From positions 15,718 through 79,717 of the IMG/VR virus record IMGVR_UViG_3300031787_000063: a stretch of 64,000 nt of DNA, one strand, 5' to 3'. Under the pieces are notes generated by a model, which did no database searches, was not told the origin of the DNA, and saw nothing but the letters and a program-made list of their open reading frames with translations. Positions 29,480-38,291 of this stretch are shown here, one piece after another. The DNA comes from a virus. Positions within the stretch are counted from its first letter, which is position 1, and every line of letters starts with the position of its first letter. The position numbers were made by a program, and so were the translations under genes.

Positions 29480-29755
29480 CTACCTCTTAGCAGTTAGATT
29501 CATGGCGGCTTTCAATCCATCCGAAGATACCTTAACTCTGTTAAGTTCATCTATGATATGTTGAACTTTAACATCCTGAGCCTCTATTCTTACAAGTGCT
29601 TGAGCTTCTAACTTCTTGGAATCAATATATTGCTTTGCAAGTATAAATCCAAGAACTCCTACTAAACATATAGCGTCAGCATAACCTGCTGAAAATGCTA
29701 TAATTCTAAGCACAAAAAGAGATACTAAAATGAGCATAAAATCTATTTTTCTCAT
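29480..29755 (-). CDS. Membrane protein (two TM segments plus coiled coil)
   Basis: First gene of the late operon; hydrophobic N-half. Confidence 0.6.
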   Translation of the reverse strand: MRKIDFMLILVSLFVLRIIAFSAGYADAICLVGVLGFILAKQYIDSKKLEAQALVRIEAQDVKVQHIIDELNRVKVSSDGLKAAMNLTAKR

Positions 29756-29850
29756 TAAACTTTCCTATGTTAAAAAAAGAGACTTTGTGTTAATCGCTTG
29801 TAAAATATTTTATTCCAGAAGGAACAATCGAACTTACATTGTCTCAGTTA

Positions 29851-29859
29851 TATTTGTTA
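29851..29859 (-). promoter_or_regulatory. Putative late promoter TAACAAATA (representative copy)
   Basis: Same motif in sense orientation at 4100, 21344, 22762, 23769, 45027; variants at 27633, 34505 and plus strand 30088. Confidence 0.75.
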
Positions 29860-30115
29860 TTATGCATAACCAAAAAATAATTTGGAGATCTTTTAAAATC
29901 GAGGTATATAATATTACTATACCGTACACGCAATTTTCGCAGTGAGTTTTAAACGAACTGCGATACGAATACTAGTATAACTCAATAGTATACTAATTAG
30001 GCTATAATTTTATGTAATTATTTTGACTTGGCAGATTACTAAGTATTTAAAAACATTGGTGACGCATTGCATTTTCTATGTAACTAATAACAAATGTATG
30101 CATGGAGGTTACTTT

Positions 30116-30517
30116 ATGATAACATTTAAAAAATCAGAAAAAAAGAAGTTTGGTAAATATTTTTCATCAAAAGAATTTGTTTGCTCTTGCGGTAAATGCA
30201 AGGATCAGTTTATTTCTCCTAAATTAATAGAGAAATTAGATCAAGTAAGAGAACAATTTGGAAAGCCTATAAAAGTAACGTCTGGGTACAGATGTCCACA
30301 GCATAATATTGCTATAGGTGGAAAAAATAATAGTTCCCATGTATCTGGATTAGCGGCAGACATTCAGCCAGCAGTTCTTAACCTAGATGATTTGGATCTT
30401 TTGTATGAGATATGCTATCATATATTTGATAATATAGGTGATGGTAGAGTTAAAAACTTTGTTCACGTAGATGTTAGGGAAGCTAAAAAAACTGGAAAAA
30501 GGCATTGGCTCTATTGA
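30116..30517 (+). CDS. Peptidase M15-family endolysin
   Basis: ATG 30116 after GGAGG; SGYRC-x2-HN-x3-GG-x3-SSH-x2-G-x-AADI and FVHVD zinc-binding motifs. Confidence 0.9.
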   Translation: MITFKKSEKKKFGKYFSSKEFVCSCGKCKDQFISPKLIEKLDQVREQFGKPIKVTSGYRCPQHNIAIGGKNNSSHVSGLAADIQPAVLNLDDLDLLYEICYHIFDNIGDGRVKNFVHVDVREAKKTGKRHWLY

Positions 30518-30795
30518 TGGATAAAAAAATAGGAAAAATAAACAGACTTTCTAAAAAAGTATCCAAAAAAGTTGGTTTGAATTATTATGACGTAGATGCT
30601 ATACTAAAGGTAGCAACTTATGAAATAATTGAGACTCTTAAAAATTCTCAAAAATTTTATTGGGAAGGATTGGGAGTTTTTTATTTGTCGATAAATGACA
30701 AAGGATTATCCGTAAGAATAAAGTTAAGCGAAGAACCTTATAACAGACTAAACGAAAAATCAGAGGAGAAGTCTGATGAAATTATTTTTGAATAA
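30517..30795 (+). CDS. HU/IHF-like DNA-binding protein
   Basis: Helix pattern LSKKVSKKVGL...VDAIL...IIETLK and GLGVF; beta-arm appears shortened. Confidence 0.65.
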   Translation: MDKKIGKINRLSKKVSKKVGLNYYDVDAILKVATYEIIETLKNSQKFYWEGLGVFYLSINDKGLSVRIKLSEEPYNRLNEKSEEKSDEIIFE

Positions 30796-31147
30796 TTCCC
30801 AAAGATCGTATCTTTTGGAAGTTTTTAAAGCATCTGAAAATAACGCTATAAATGGAAAAGACGCTGAATTAGCTGCTGCTTTTAGTGAGCTTTATGAAAA
30901 AATAAAGCCAACAAATGTAGCTTATTATAATTTAAATAGAAATGAAGCTGATATTATTGTAGAGTTTTGCGACATAGTATCCCATTCCTTAACTAAGGCT
31001 ATAAATTTCTTAAATAAAGACACTGAAAGACCTAGAGATGAAGTTGAAGATCTTTTAGATAAAGCAGAAAAAGCGAAAAAAGAAATAGAAGACGTATCTC
31101 AAGATTTAAGAAATAAAATCAAAGCTAATCCAGTAAAGGAAGAATAA
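30776..31147 (+). CDS. Hypothetical protein
   Basis: 123 aa, GAGGAG RBS. Confidence 0.6.
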   Translation: MKLFLNNSQRSYLLEVFKASENNAINGKDAELAAAFSELYEKIKPTNVAYYNLNRNEADIIVEFCDIVSHSLTKAINFLNKDTERPRDEVEDLLDKAEKAKKEIEDVSQDLRNKIKANPVKEE

Positions 31148-32169
31148 TGAATTTTGAAAAATTGCTTGGAATGGTAGATGAGCAAGTTGGAGAAGAGATA
31201 GAAAAAGACTGTAAGGAACAGATATGGTTTAAATTTGAAACACCCTCTGGAGTTTTTTATAGTCCATTTACTAAAAGTAAAAGTACTTTGACATATTTTA
31301 GCGGTCCTGAAGTTATGTCTAGTGAATTAAAAAATGCAGATCACTACGATGTTTTAACTGAAAATCTCGCAGAAGTTTACAAACCAAATCAACCTAGTAG
31401 CCAAGCTCAAGAAATTCCAAATGGCATATATTCTCACGAATATGGAAACTCTGGATCTCCAGAACGTCTAGTACCTTTTGACATACGGGAAGATAACTAT
31501 ATAGAACTCATGGAAAGTCTCAAAGAATTAGATTCTTCTATTGAAGACTTTGTAAATAATAGATCTTTATATGAAGATTCTTGTACTTCTTATAAATTGG
31601 GAGTTTTGCTGTTCGGTCCTCCGGGAACAGGTAAAACTAGCTACATGAGAAAACTTATAAGAAAAAAAGAAGCAATAGTTATATTTATGGATGGAGTTCC
31701 AACTAGAAAGTTTCTAGAAAAATTAGAACAATCTACAAAAAATAGACTTAAGATTATAGTGTTTGAAGAGGCAGTATCTCTTTTAGAATCCTCAGAAGAT
31801 ATTAGAGAAATGCTAGATTTTCTGGACGGAGCTAGATCAGTATCAAATGCAATCTATTTTCTTTCAACCAACTATCCAGATTCTATTCCAGAAAATGTAA
31901 TCAGAAATGGAAGAATAGATGTTTTTGTTAAAGTAGATTACCCTAATATATCAGCTAGAAAAAAATTAATTAATCTTTATCTAAAAAGAGAAGCCTCTGC
32001 TGAAGAACTAAAGTCTACAGAAAATATGCCAATTGTAGATATTCGAGAAATTTGTTTTATTCATAAAAAAACAGATAAATCCTTCGAAGATTGTGTTAAA
32101 ATAGTAGAAGAAAAAAACAAAATGATAAAAAAACATTTTGGTCGTGCTAAAGAAATTAGACTAGCCTAA
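31147..32169 (+). CDS. AAA+ ATPase
   Basis: GVLLFGPPGTGKT, IIVFEE, LDFLDG, STNYP, RNGRID. Confidence 0.88.
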   Translation: MNFEKLLGMVDEQVGEEIEKDCKEQIWFKFETPSGVFYSPFTKSKSTLTYFSGPEVMSSELKNADHYDVLTENLAEVYKPNQPSSQAQEIPNGIYSHEYGNSGSPERLVPFDIREDNYIELMESLKELDSSIEDFVNNRSLYEDSCTSYKLGVLLFGPPGTGKTSYMRKLIRKKEAIVIFMDGVPTRKFLEKLEQSTKNRLKIIVFEEAVSLLESSEDIREMLDFLDGARSVSNAIYFLSTNYPDSIPENVIRNGRIDVFVKVDYPNISARKKLINLYLKREASAEELKSTENMPIVDIREICFIHKKTDKSFEDCVKIVEEKNKMIKKHFGRAKEIRLA

Positions 32170-32185
32170 ATATCGGAGGAAATTG

Positions 32186-34039
32186 ATGAACAAATCAAAT
32201 CGTTTGTTAAGCGAAATCGTTGCCTACAGAACTTATGCGAAACATTTGAACGCTTTCAATCGAAGAGAAAGTTTAGAGGAAACTCTAAATAGAAACTTAA
32301 CTATGTATTTGGAAAAATATCCAAAACTTAGTAGAGATATTATTAAAGCATTTAAGCAAGTTCATGATTTTAATGTAATGCCATCTATGCGTTCTCTGCA
32401 ATTTGGCGGAGAAGCTATTTTTAGAAACAATGTACGATTATTTAACTGTTCTTTTGCTAACATAACTTATCCAAGAATTTTTGCAGAAGCATTGTTTCTT
32501 CTTTTATCTGGAACTGGATTTGGTTATTCTGTCCAAAAACATCATATTGAACAATTGCCTCTTCTCAGAAAGCCTAAAGAAGAGGGAATTTATGTAGTGC
32601 ATGATTCTATTGAAGGATGGGCGGAAGCTCTCAATCAGCTTATGTCTGCTTATTTTTATGGAGCAATACGTCCTATTTTTGATTTTAGTAAAGTAAGACA
32701 GAAAGGATCTTATTTAGTTACTACAGGTGCAAAAGCACCGGGACCAGAACCTCTGAAAAAAATGTTGGAAAAAGTAGAGGAACTTCTTGTAAAGTCTTTA
32801 GGTAGAAGATTAAATTCTCTAGAAGTTCATGATATCGTGTGCATGATAGCAGATTGTGTACTATCTGGAGGTATTCGTAGAGCTGCTCTAATTTCTCTAT
32901 TTGATAGAACTGATACTGCAATGTTAACGTGTAAACACGGATCTTGGTGGGAAAAGCATCCTCACAGAGCAAGAGCAAACAACTCCGCAGTTCTTCCTCG
33001 ACACGAAACAACTTTTGAGGAGTTTAAAAATGTATACGATATGTGTATTGCTTCTAATGCTGGAGAACCCGGATTTTTTTGGACAAATGATTTGGAATGG
33101 GGAACTAATCCGTGTGCTGAGATTGGTCTTCAATCAAACCAGTTTTGCAACCTCACAACAACTAATCTTACTGGAATAAAAAATGAAAAGGACTTTAACA
33201 ATCGTGTATATGCAGCCGCATTGCTTGGAACTCTCCAAGCTGGCTTCACTGATTTTCCTTATCTTTCTCAGAAATGGAAAGATGTCACGGATAAAGAGGC
33301 ACTTATTGGCTGCTCTTTCACCGGGATTGCCGACTCATCGAATCTCACTGGAGAACAACTTCAAGCTGCAGCTAGAACAGTACTCGAAGTCAACGAAAAA
33401 TACGCAAAAAAAATTGGAATCAATGTCGCTTCCAGAACTACTGCTATCAAGCCTGAAGGCACGGCTTCCTGCGTTCTTGGGTCTAGTTCGGGAATCCACG
33501 CTCGTCACAATGACTATTACTTACGTAGAGTAAGAATGAATAAAGACGATGAACTTGCTAGGTATCTCAGTAGAGTAGTGCCAGAATTAGTAGAAGATGA
33601 TATATTCTCTCCATCCGGAGTTGTAGTTACTATTCCACAAGAGTCTCCAGAAGGAGCTATTACTAGACATCAAGAAAGTGCAGACGCTTTGTTTGAACGA
33701 GTAAAGCACTACTACAATAATTGGGTAGTGCCGGGACACAGATCTGGAGCTAATACTCACAATATTAGTTGTACTATTAATTATAAACCAGAAGAAGTCC
33801 CATTTCTTTTTAATAAGCTATGGGAAGACAGATTTCAATATGCAGCAGTAAGTCTACTTCCTTTTTCTGATGCCATTTATCAACAAGCTCCATTTGAAGA
33901 TTGTACAAAAGAAACTTTTCAAAAATATAATGAAATGGTAAAAGAAATTGATTTGATGAAAGTTTTAGAATTGGAAGACAATACTAATAGGGCTGAGCAA
34001 CTAGCTTGTTCTGGCGGTGTTTGTGAATTAACTTTTTAA
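32186..34039 (+). CDS. nrdJ: Class II (adenosylcobalamin-dependent) ribonucleotide reductase
   Basis: PSMR, FNCSF, GGIRRAA, GEPG, GTNPCAEI, CNL, TTAIKPEGTAS, C-terminal CSGGVC; no nrdB in window. Confidence 0.92.
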   Translation: MNKSNRLLSEIVAYRTYAKHLNAFNRRESLEETLNRNLTMYLEKYPKLSRDIIKAFKQVHDFNVMPSMRSLQFGGEAIFRNNVRLFNCSFANITYPRIFAEALFLLLSGTGFGYSVQKHHIEQLPLLRKPKEEGIYVVHDSIEGWAEALNQLMSAYFYGAIRPIFDFSKVRQKGSYLVTTGAKAPGPEPLKKMLEKVEELLVKSLGRRLNSLEVHDIVCMIADCVLSGGIRRAALISLFDRTDTAMLTCKHGSWWEKHPHRARANNSAVLPRHETTFEEFKNVYDMCIASNAGEPGFFWTNDLEWGTNPCAEIGLQSNQFCNLTTTNLTGIKNEKDFNNRVYAAALLGTLQAGFTDFPYLSQKWKDVTDKEALIGCSFTGIADSSNLTGEQLQAAARTVLEVNEKYAKKIGINVASRTTAIKPEGTASCVLGSSSGIHARHNDYYLRRVRMNKDDELARYLSRVVPELVEDDIFSPSGVVVTIPQESPEGAITRHQESADALFERVKHYYNNWVVPGHRSGANTHNISCTINYKPEEVPFLFNKLWEDRFQYAAVSLLPFSDAIYQQAPFEDCTKETFQKYNEMVKEIDLMKVLELEDNTNRAEQLACSGGVCELTF

Positions 34040-34055
34040 ACTAAAAAGAGGATTT

Positions 34056-34313
34056 ATGATTACTAAAAAATCTGCAATAAAAATGACAAGATACGCAGAA
34101 CAAGTAGTTCATAAGTCCTCTTCTGCTATAAACGAGCAAATTCAACTGCATGCTATGATTGGAATGTCAGAAATGGAAATTTTTGTAGATAAAAAAACTG
34201 CCAAAAAAATCATAAACTCTCTGGAAAAAAAAGGCTATTATACTAGAATTACAGAGTTTTCAGCATTGGAAAATGATTGCAGACTTTATGTATCTTGGAT
34301 GTCCAGTATCTGA
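34056..34313 (+). CDS. Hypothetical protein
   Basis: 85 aa with GAGGA RBS. Confidence 0.55.
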   Translation: MITKKSAIKMTRYAEQVVHKSSSAINEQIQLHAMIGMSEMEIFVDKKTAKKIINSLEKKGYYTRITEFSALENDCRLYVSWMSSI

Positions 34314-34486
34314 TCTTTTTTCTTTTTCTCCCTACTGAGTTTCATTCTTTCTCTATTATAAATCCTGTAACAATCTGGACAAACTTTACCATTCCAAAGT
34401 TGACCTGATTCATCTACAAATCTTGTAACACTTCCTCTAGATTCTGGAATTTTAGGTTTATCTTCATTGCAAATTTTACATTTCAT
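34286..34486 (-). CDS. Small CxxC...CxxC zinc-binding protein
   Basis: MKCKIC...VCPDCY; AGGAG RBS and TAACAAATG motif directly upstream. Confidence 0.7.
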   Translation of the reverse strand: MKCKICNEDKPKIPESRGSVTRFVDESGQLWNGKVCPDCYRIYNRERMKLSREKKKKDQILDIQDT

Positions 34487-34532
34487 ATTTGTAACTCCTA
34501 TGTACATTTGTTATACTAGGATTGGAGGACTT

Positions 34533-34877
34533 ATGAATTCGATAATACGATTTCCACAAAGATTAAAATATTCTAAAATCAATCCCTTAGAAGATTTTTA
34601 TAGTAAGTGTTTAATTTCTATAAATAAAGATCCTAATTTATCTGGGGTTCAAGTTTGGGCTTTTAGCGTCAATAAAAAAGATTACAAAAAACTTACAAAT
34701 TTAGTAAAAAAACATGTCAAAAAACAATATCCATTCCTTTCTTATAAAGAAGTTAAATTTAATGTTGGGTTTATAATGCTAGACATAGGACCAAGAGTGG
34801 CTGAAATTCCTGAGGGATTTGTGGAAATTAATAAGGAGGAACTGTATGAAACTAGAAACAATGAAAGTAAGAAGTAA
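34533..34877 (+). CDS. Hypothetical protein
   Basis: ATG 34533 after GGAGG. Confidence 0.6.
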   Translation: MNSIIRFPQRLKYSKINPLEDFYSKCLISINKDPNLSGVQVWAFSVNKKDYKKLTNLVKKHVKKQYPFLSYKEVKFNVGFIMLDIGPRVAEIPEGFVEINKEELYETRNNESKK

Positions 34878-35143
34878 GGCATCTAGAAAATTTGGAATTA
34901 ATATTATTTTTTCAAAAGGAAATATTTATTTAGAATTAGGATTGGGAAAACTAACTTATATTATAGGCTTAATGAAATGAAATGTCCATTCTGTACCGAT
35001 CCATGTGGAAATGATCATTGTCCTTATTACGAAAAAAAAGAAGAGGATAAAGAATTAATAGGTCTTAAAGAGGAAAACAAAAGACTTAAAGAAACCATAA
35101 AGCTATTACAAGAGTGGATTATAAAAAGAACAATAAATACACC

Positions 35144-35359
35144 ATGAAATATTTGATTTTGTTTTTATTCATATCTTGCAAACCTAGAATAGTAGATAAG
35201 TATGACTATATAATAGTTCACAGTGGAGGTAAACAGATTTTGTGTGATTATAGAGATGATGATGGGGCATTCTCAAGATGCAAAGATTCTGAAGGAATTT
35301 CCTATCCTCATATATTCATACACGGAAATGGAGTTATTTTAATAAAGGATGAAAAATGA
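35144..35359 (+). CDS. Small lipoprotein candidate
   Basis: MKYLILFLFISC signal ending in Cys. Confidence 0.5.
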   Translation: MKYLILFLFISCKPRIVDKYDYIIVHSGGKQILCDYRDDDGAFSRCKDSEGISYPHIFIHGNGVILIKDEK

Positions 35360-35718
35360 TTTATTTAACTATAGCACTTTTATCAAGTCTTTATGGGGTT
35401 GATTCTGATTTAGCTATTAAATTAGCAAAAATAGAAAGTAATTTTAATCCAAAAGCTATGTCAAAAACAAAAGATGGAGGTCTGTTTCAATTGAATACAA
35501 GATATCACAAATTTCATAATCCTAATTGGATTTTTGATATTGAAATAAACAGTCATAGAGCAATGAAAACATTGGCAAATCTTAAGACTAAATGTAATTT
35601 AAAATTTAAAAATCATTTTGTGTTGTGTTATAATATGGGAACTAGAGGGGCTTCAAAATTAAAAAATCCCAACAATCAAACATATATTAAAAAATTAACC
35701 TCAGTTTGGAAAAATTAG
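35356..35718 (+). CDS. SLT-family lytic transglycosylase
   Basis: IESNFNPKAMS, GLFQL, YNMG motifs. Confidence 0.85.
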   Translation: MIYLTIALLSSLYGVDSDLAIKLAKIESNFNPKAMSKTKDGGLFQLNTRYHKFHNPNWIFDIEINSHRAMKTLANLKTKCNLKFKNHFVLCYNMGTRGASKLKNPNNQTYIKKLTSVWKN

Positions 35719-35725
35719 GAGAAAT

Positions 35726-35986
35726 ATGAAACTAGTAAAATATCCAGCAAGAACTATTATTATGAAAATGTTTTGCGATTGCGGAAAAGGTGAATTTGTA
35801 GTGCATGCGTCTACAAAAGAAGGATTTATTCACCGATGTACAAATAAAGAATGCGGAGCCGAAGTTGTGCTGGCTCAACAATTCCCAACTACTGCTGCCG
35901 AAATTGTAAACATCGTGGTGGAAGATTTAAATGAAAAAAAGGAAGAGTCTAATACACTAGAGATTGCAGAAGGTAAAGAAGAATGA
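35726..35986 (+). CDS. Small Cys-rich (zinc ribbon-like) protein
   Basis: CDC...HRC-x4-C. Confidence 0.5.
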   Translation: MKLVKYPARTIIMKMFCDCGKGEFVVHASTKEGFIHRCTNKECGAEVVLAQQFPTTAAEIVNIVVEDLNEKKEESNTLEIAEGKEE

Positions 35987-36642
35987 GAGTAGAGTTAATA
36001 TCCATAACAAAGCCAGTGAAAGAAGCTCTAACCGAGTTTTCATCTGAAGAACTTATGGCGTATGTAGCAAGGGTTTCCAATCCTAATAATCAAATGAATA
36101 CAGCTACATCAAGTAAACTACTTGGATATTGCATAAAAAACGCACACTGGTCGGTATTTGAGCATGTAAACATGACAGTTCAAATTACTACCAGTAGAGC
36201 AATTACTGCTCAGATTTTAAGACATAGAAGTTTTGTGTTCCAAGAATTTTCACAGAGGTATGCAGAAGCTACAAATTTCGAAATATATGAAGCCAGAAGA
36301 CAAGATGTTAAAAATAGACAAAATTCTGTAGACGATATGCTGGCAGATGATAAGGAATTTTTTAAAAATGCTCAGAATTATATAAATGAAGAAGCTATGT
36401 TGCTATATAATGAAGCGTTAGCTAGGGGTATAGCTAAAGAACAGGCTAGATTTCTTTTGCCGTTGTCTACTGAAACTACTTTATACATGACAGGAAATGT
36501 TAGAAATTGGATTCATTACATTCAACTCAGAAGTGAAAATGGAACACAAAAAGAACATGCAGATATTGCACTAGAAATAAAAAATATATTTAAAGAACAA
36601 TTTCCAGCAATATCGACAGCATTGGAGTGGGTAAATGAATAA
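35983..36642 (+). CDS. thyX: Flavin-dependent thymidylate synthase
   Basis: ARVS, HWSVFE, QILRHRSF-x-FQEFSQRY, AKEQARFLLP, TQKEH. Confidence 0.95.
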   Translation: MRVELISITKPVKEALTEFSSEELMAYVARVSNPNNQMNTATSSKLLGYCIKNAHWSVFEHVNMTVQITTSRAITAQILRHRSFVFQEFSQRYAEATNFEIYEARRQDVKNRQNSVDDMLADDKEFFKNAQNYINEEAMLLYNEALARGIAKEQARFLLPLSTETTLYMTGNVRNWIHYIQLRSENGTQKEHADIALEIKNIFKEQFPAISTALEWVNE

Positions 36643-37183
36643 TTCCAATCTTCCGCCAATTAGAGTTTTTATTTGGAATAGATTTTTATTCAATGATAAT
36701 TCTAATTATTCTGGGAAAATCGGAGCACATTTAGTTTCTGTTAGAGCTAGGCAAAATCAAGCATTGCAGTTTACGGTGCTATTAGATAATGGTGCTTTGT
36801 TTACAGGTCTTCCAGCCCATTCTATATCATTCAGGGAGGATGAATTTGATTCTATATTAAATTTGCAAGATGCTCAAATGTGGGACTGTATCAGTGACGA
36901 TATTGAAGTATTTACTATGGAAACTTTAAGATATGCAGAATGTGAGGTGTTCGGTAATCAAATTGCCGCATCTGGAAAATATCTGTTTACAATAGATTTT
37001 GTAGGAGAAGGGTATAGTAGACATCCTACTCACTGGAAACAGCTCCACGCAGTTCAAACTATGGCAGGACATTTTTTACTTTATCCACAATATAGAATTA
37101 GATTTACTGATAAGGCACTTTGCTCTGGAGAAGATCTTCCGAAATATCAAGCCAACGAAAAACATTGGATAGTAGGGAGTTAA
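36635..37183 (+). CDS. Conserved phage hypothetical protein
   Basis: 182 aa; NLPP, GALF-x2-LP, QMWDC, GKYLFTID. Confidence 0.6.
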   Translation: MNNSNLPPIRVFIWNRFLFNDNSNYSGKIGAHLVSVRARQNQALQFTVLLDNGALFTGLPAHSISFREDEFDSILNLQDAQMWDCISDDIEVFTMETLRYAECEVFGNQIAASGKYLFTIDFVGEGYSRHPTHWKQLHAVQTMAGHFLLYPQYRIRFTDKALCSGEDLPKYQANEKHWIVGS

Positions 37184-37184
37184 A

Positions 37185-37598
37185 ATGCTTACTTTGATTT
37201 ATGGAGGGATAACTCATCACTATCTTGCTTCAAATTTACCCTATTGTAATAGAATAAATAATGTTGGAACAATTCATAATGAGTACGTTATAATGATGAT
37301 AGGGAATAAAAACAAAATTGGAGTTCTTAAGGGAAAAGATTCTGCTTGCGGAGATATTGTAGGACCTATATCTTCTTTCCAAATATCTGAAAATGTTGAT
37401 TTTATGCTAGGGGGATACAATACTAATTTTGATAAGTTTAGAAAAATTGGCATAGAACCTCCATCGTATAATGGTATAACTCCAGTTATTGGATTTGACT
37501 TTAAAATACCAGTGTACAAAAAAGATAATTTTAAGGTTTCATTAGATAATTTAGTCTCAATAGGAATAATAACCCATGCAATAAGTGTGAGTTTTTGA
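37185..37598 (+). CDS. Beta-strand-rich protein, possible small outer-membrane barrel
   Basis: Alternating hydrophobic strands, C-terminal Phe; no clear signal peptide. Confidence 0.4.
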   Translation: MLTLIYGGITHHYLASNLPYCNRINNVGTIHNEYVIMMIGNKNKIGVLKGKDSACGDIVGPISSFQISENVDFMLGGYNTNFDKFRKIGIEPPSYNGITPVIGFDFKIPVYKKDNFKVSLDNLVSIGIITHAISVSF

Positions 37599-37852
37599 TG
37601 AAAAGAAGTAAAGCTTTAGAAATTATAGAACAACAATATGGAAAGTTTATTGACGATTGGCTTAAACTTGACATTACCGATGAAGAATCGTGTAAAAATT
37701 TTATACGGTTAGAAGAAAGAATTTTAACTGCTCTAGAAAAAGAAGGAATGTTACCACCTTTTACTTATCTAAAAAAAATAGGTACTCTAGATACTGCTTG
37801 GGAGCCAGAAGATGAAGAAGATAGTAATAAAGATAAAAGCTCCAAAAATTAG
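37598..37852 (+). CDS. Hypothetical protein (EGMLPP family, paralog of 39287)
   Basis: MKR...LEKEGMLPP...WEPEDE. Confidence 0.6.
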   Translation: MKRSKALEIIEQQYGKFIDDWLKLDITDEESCKNFIRLEERILTALEKEGMLPPFTYLKKIGTLDTAWEPEDEEDSNKDKSSKN

Positions 37853-37949
37853 GAAACCAGTGGCGAAAAAGCCTAATACTGTTATGAAATCTAAAAAAGA
37901 CTACACAAGAAAAATAAAACATAAAAAAAGTTGTTCACCAGAAGAATAA
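37812..37949 (+). CDS. 45-aa very basic peptide with YxRKxKH motif
   Basis: Below track cut-off; GGAG RBS; MKKIVIKIKAPKIRKPVAKKPNTVMKSKKDYTRKIKHKKSCSPEE*. Confidence 0.6.
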   Translation: MKKIVIKIKAPKIRKPVAKKPNTVMKSKKDYTRKIKHKKSCSPEE

Positions 37950-37980
37950 TGTTATTATATACGTAAGAAAAGGAGCAAAT

Positions 37981-38187
37981 ATGGCTAACACTTTTAAAAC
38001 TCGGTATTCAAATGTAAATGGAAAAGCAACTAAATTTAACAAAAAACTAACAACAGGAACTCTTGATTTTATTGTACGTAAAGCTGGAGTAATTCCTGCG
38101 AAAAGTATTGCTGCAATTATTCATCGACCTCTTAAAACGGTCCAAAGCGTAGCCTCCCGATTTGGAGTTTCTTTAAGAGTTGGATAA
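37981..38187 (+). CDS. Small basic HTH-like protein
   Basis: AAGGAG RBS; AKSIAAIIHRPLKTVQSVASRFGVSL. Confidence 0.55.
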   Translation: MANTFKTRYSNVNGKATKFNKKLTTGTLDFIVRKAGVIPAKSIAAIIHRPLKTVQSVASRFGVSLRVG

Positions 38188-38194
38188 AAAAATG

Positions 38195-38272
38195 GTGTCA
38201 CATACCTCATGAATCTTGATACTGCTAGACAGTATAGGGATTTTGTCAAGAAAGTTGTGAGGTTGGCGAGCT
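38195..38272 (+). ncRNA. 78-nt structured motif, copy 1 (unknown family)
   Basis: 57/78 ungapped identity to 61114-61191 by hand; ATACTG-ctaga-CAGTAT hairpin inside ATCTT/GGGAT helix. Confidence 0.6.
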
Positions 38273-38291
38273 ATCGCCTATCAAGGAATTT

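Noticed and set aside
30023-30115. N-terminal extension of the endolysin
   Set aside because: Late motif and GGAGG RBS lie within it, favouring ATG 30116
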